Below are positions 36,570 to 40,125 of a stretch of DNA of 40,125 nt, piece after piece. The translations under genes and the position numbers were made by a program. The stretch is taken from NCBI GenBank assembly GCA_013265495.1, contig MU058792.1, positions 1-40,125 on the forward strand, given 5' to 3'. Below the pieces are notes generated by a model. The model did not search any database, was not told the DNA's origin, and saw only the letters and a program-made list of their open reading frames with translations. Numbering within the stretch: position 1 is the first letter of the stretch; each line of letters begins with the position of its first letter. This DNA comes from Vicugna vicugna (taxonomy: Eukaryota).

Positions 36570-38118
36570 CGTGCGCCGGTGGGTCGCCTCGGGCCGGCGA
36601 GGTTTCACAACGGGGCGCAGCCGGCACCGACACGGCGCGTGCCGGCTCGGACACCCCACAGGCGCCCGGGGGTTCCCGCCTCCCGCAGGGACGCGTTGGG
36701 GGCGCGCCAAACACGCGGCCACCGACCGTCCGCCGGGCCGCCGGGCGAGGCCCCACCCGACGCCCGCGGCGGCGGCGAGCGACGTGGCGCGGTGCCCCGG
36801 CCCCGGGGAGGCGGAGTCTGGGGGACGACGAGGGACGGACCCCCCGAGTCCCCACGGGCCCGACCGCCCCGACCCCAAGGCGGACGGGCGACTCCCCCCT
36901 AAGGGTCTTTAAACCTCCGCGCCGGGACGCGCTAGGTACCTGGAGAGGGCGAGGCGGGCGAGTCGTGGACGGCAGGACCCCCCGGCCCCAACCGTCGGCC
37001 GCCGCCCCGACGCCGACCGCCACACTCCGGCCAACGACACGGGGCCACACCGGGCACCGGCCGGCCCCCGCCCCCCACCGGGTCCCACACCGCCAACGCG
37101 TGCCGGCGGCAACCTTACCCCGTTCCCCCGCGTCCAGACAGACCGCCCGCCCTCCTTCCCACCTCCACCCCCAAACCCAAAGGCCCTGCAGGGCCACCAA
37201 CCCGCACCCGCGTTCCGGGGTTCCCCTTCTCGCCACGGGGGACGAGGGGGGCCCACGATGCGACGCGGAGCACAACGGGCGGGGCGCCTTGGGCGTGTGG
37301 GGCGGGAAGCGAGAGGCGAGAGGCGTGCGCCGGCCGGCAGGCCCGGCCGGGGAAAAGAGGCCCGAAGCTCGCTCGGGTGGGGGGGACGGGGAAAAGAGGC
37401 CCGAAGCTCGCTCGGGTGGGGGGGAAGCCGAGAGGCACGTGGCAAGGCGGGGGCGGCGGGATCGAAGGAGCAGAGGGCCGACGACGACCCGTGGGGACCG
37501 GCCCAGGGCGAGCAGCCGGAGGCGGCCGCGGCCGCGAGGGGCGGCCGGCGCCGGAAAGACGAGGGCGCGGCGTGCGGACGGGGGCTGGCACAGCCCACAG
37601 AGCCCTCGGACCCTCCTCTCGGCAAGTGGCGGGGAGGCCGGGCGGGGAGAGAGAGAGAGAGACACGGTCGCCGGAGGCGCCGCGGGCAGACGCGGCGTCG
37701 CCTCGGGACAGGAGGCCTTCCGGCCGAGACCACGGGTGGGGGGGCACGCGGTGCGCAGGAGGAGGAAGGGGCGGGCGGGGGGAGACGGGCGGGGAAGGGA
37801 GGCGAACGAGAGCCGCCCCACAAGCCGTCCCTTGCACGCCAACCCGCCGCTGTTTCCCTCTCCCTCCCCTCCGGGACGACCGCCGGCCCGGCCCGGTCCG
37901 GACCGGCCAGGCCACCCGCCCGCCCGGGCAGGCGGGGCAGGCCCGCCCGCGGCACACCTCCGGCCGCCCTCTCCTCCCTCTCCCGTCCGTCCGTCCGACC
38001 GTCCCGCGCCGCACGGGTGGGAAAAGCGAGCGAGCGAGCGAGCGAGCGGGCGGGGCGGGCGAAGGCGCTGGCCAGGCGCCCTCGCTTCGCTTCGCGCCGC
38101 TCTGCTGCGCACGCGCGT
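36570..38118 (-). other. rDNA ITS1
   Basis: Directly follows the 18S 3' end; contains conserved mammalian ITS1 blocks CAGGTACCTAGCGCG..CCGGCGCGGAGGTTTAAAGACCC (~36900-36942) and GGCGGGAACCCCCGGGCGCCTGTGGGGTG...GTGAAACC (~36601-36680). Confidence 0.88.
37348..37425. repeat. Perfect 39-bp tandem duplication in ITS1
   Basis: cggggaaaagaggcccgaagctcgctcgggtggggggga x2. Confidence 0.95.
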
Positions 38119-39972
38119 TAACGATCCTTCCCGCAGGCTCACCTAACGGAAACCTTGTTACGACTTTGACTTCCTCCCGATAGTCAAAGTTCGACCGTCT
38201 TCTCGGCGCTCCGCCAGGGCCGTGGGCCCACCCCGGCGGGGCCGATCCGAGGGCCTCCCAAGGGCAGGGACTTCATCAACGCAAGCTTATGACCCGCACT
38301 TCCTGGGAATTCCTCGTTCCTGGGGAAGAGTTGCAATCCCCGATCCCCATATCACGAATGGGGTTCAACGGGCTACCCGCGCCTGCCGGCGTAGGGTAGG
38401 CGCACGCTGAGCCAGTCAGTGTAGCGCGCGTGCAGCCCCGGACACCTAAGGGCATCACAGACCTGTTGCTCAATCTCGCCTGGCTGAACGCCACTTGTCC
38501 CTCTGAGAGGTTGGGGGACGCCGACCGCTCGGGGGTCGCGTAACGAGTTAGCATGCCAGAGTCTCGCTCGTTGTCGGAATTAACCGGACAAATCGCTCCA
38601 CCGACTAAGAAGGGCCATGCACCGCCACCCACGGACTCGAGAAAGAGCCAGCAGTCTGTCAATCCTGTCCGTGTCCGGGCCGGGCGAGGGTTCCCGTGTT
38701 GAGTCCAATTAAGCCGCAGGCTCCACTCCTGCCGGTGCCCTTCCGTCAATTCCTTCAAGTGTCAGCTTTGCGACCATACTCCCCCCGCAACCCAAAGGCT
38801 TTGGTTTCCCGGAAGCTGCCCGGCGGGCCATGGGACTAACGCCGCCGCCTCGCCAGCCGGCATCGTTTATGGTCGGAACCACGACGGTATCCGACCGTCT
38901 TCGAACCTCCGGACTTGCGTTCTTGATTAACGAAAACATTCTTGGCAAATGCTTTCGCTCTGGTCCGTCTTGCGCCGGTCCAAGAATTTCACCTCTAGCG
39001 GCGCAATACGAATGCCCCCGGCCGTCCCTCTTAATCATGGCCTCAGTTCCGGAAACCAACAGAATAGAACCGCGGTCCTATTCCATTCTTCCTAGCTGCG
39101 GTATCCAGGCGGCTCGGGCCTGCTTTGAACACGCTCATTGTTTCCAAGTAAACGCTACGGGCCCCGCGGGACACTCGCCTAAGAGCATCGAGGGGGCGCC
39201 GGGAGGCAAGGGGCGGGGACGGCCGGCGGCTCGCCTCGCGGCGGAACGCCCGCCCGCCCGCTCGCTCCCAAGAGCCAACTCCGAGCTTTCCAGCCGCAGC
39301 AACTTTAGTATACGCTCTTGGAGCTGGAATTACCGCGGCTGCTGGCACCAGACTTGCCCTCCAACGGATGCTCGCCAAAGGATTTCCAGTGGACTCATTC
39401 CAATTACAGGGCCTCGAAAGAGTCCTGTAGGGTTTGCCGTCACTACCTCCCCGGGTCGGGAGTGGGTAATTGGCGCGCCTGCTGCCTTCCTTGGATGTGG
39501 TAGCCGTTTCTCAGGCTCCCTCTCCGGAATCGAACCCTGATTCCCCGTCACCCGTGGTCACCATGGTAGGCACGGCGACTACCATCCAAAGTTGATAGGG
39601 CAAACGTTCCAATGGGTCGTCGCCGCCACGGGGGGCGTGCGATCCATCGGCCCGAGGTTCTCTAGAGTCACCAAAGCCGCCGGCGCCCGCCCCCCAACCC
39701 CCGTCCGGGGCCGGGGGGAGGCTGACCGGGTTGGTTTTGATCTGATAAATGCACGCATCCCACCCCGCGAAGGGGGTCAGCGCCCGTCGGCATGTATTAG
39801 CTCTAGAATCACCACAGTTAGCCAAGTAGGAGAGGAGCAAGAGACCGAAGGAACCATAACTGATTGAATGAGCCATCCGCGGTTTCACTGTACCGGCGCG
39901 TGCGTACTTAGGCATGCACGGCTTCATCTTTGAGACAAGCATATGCTCCTTACTGGCAGGATCAACCAGGTA
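38119..39972 (-). rRNA. RNA18S: 18S rRNA gene, defective (pseudogene) copy
   Basis: 5' TACCTGGTTGATCCTGCCAGT at 39972, 3' GGAAGGATCGTTA at 38119; colinear with mammalian 18S but with many substitutions, small indels and a ~40-nt deletion at ~38258. Confidence 0.97.
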
Positions 39973-40125
39973 GGCGAGGTAGGCGAGACCGCGCGCGCAC
40001 ACACGCGCGCGCACGCCCCGGGGTGGGGGAGCGCGCGGCGCGGCGGGGCGGAAACGGGACCGTCCGTGCCGGACGCGGGGTGCGCGAGACGCCAGCGGGG
40101 GCGCGGGGCGCGGCGCGAGGGGAGG
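39973..40125 (-). other. 3' end of the rDNA 5'ETS
   Basis: GC-rich sequence immediately upstream of the 18S 5' end. Confidence 0.8.

Noticed and set aside
35959..38183. Very long ORFs (727, 576, 348 aa and others) on both strands
   Set aside because: They overlap ITS1 and terminator DNA; extreme GC content removes stop codons and the translations are low-complexity R/P/G/A.
38222..40014. ORFs of 60-236 aa
   Set aside because: They lie within the 18S sequence; spurious.
1..40125. CRISPR array or prokaryotic defence system
   Set aside because: No repeat-spacer periodicity or operon-like genes; the sequence is clearly mammalian.

Overview
Mammalian genomic DNA, probably a camelid judging by the tRNA-derived SINE and the L1 3' UTR (inference). 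No intact protein-coding gene is visible. There are two compositionally distinct domains. (1) About 1-28.4 kb is a CpG-depleted mosaic of old repeats (MaLR/ERV LTRs, L1, L2, MIR, MER) and gene fragments: a frameshifted terminal exon of an unidentified gene, a degenerate three-exon minus-strand gene remnant with one exon copied inverted into an MLT1 LTR, a CpG-island promoter, and a non-processed, frameshifted copy of the first coding exon of TRAPPC9. (2) About 28.5-40.1 kb is a CpG-rich rDNA-derived block on the minus strand: 5'ETS end, a defective 18S gene with a ~40-nt deletion at the decoding region, ITS1, then directly Sal-box-like Pol I terminator motifs, with no recognisable 5.8S, ITS2 or 28S. 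Spacer-like DNA follows, holding an ORF2-less L1 nested in a SINE and a solo LTR. The most striking signal is that the dead 18S and the transposon relics in this block have diverged mostly by A/T to G/C changes with CpG gain, the opposite of normal pseudogene decay, with short pristine 18S patches. This suggests a defective rDNA-derived repeat family evolving by GC-biased gene conversion at an rDNA/segmental-duplication junction. Comparisons to canonical 18S, ITS1 and repeat consensi were made from memory and need alignment. Two N gaps (23763-23780, 31920-32081) limit certainty about contiguity.
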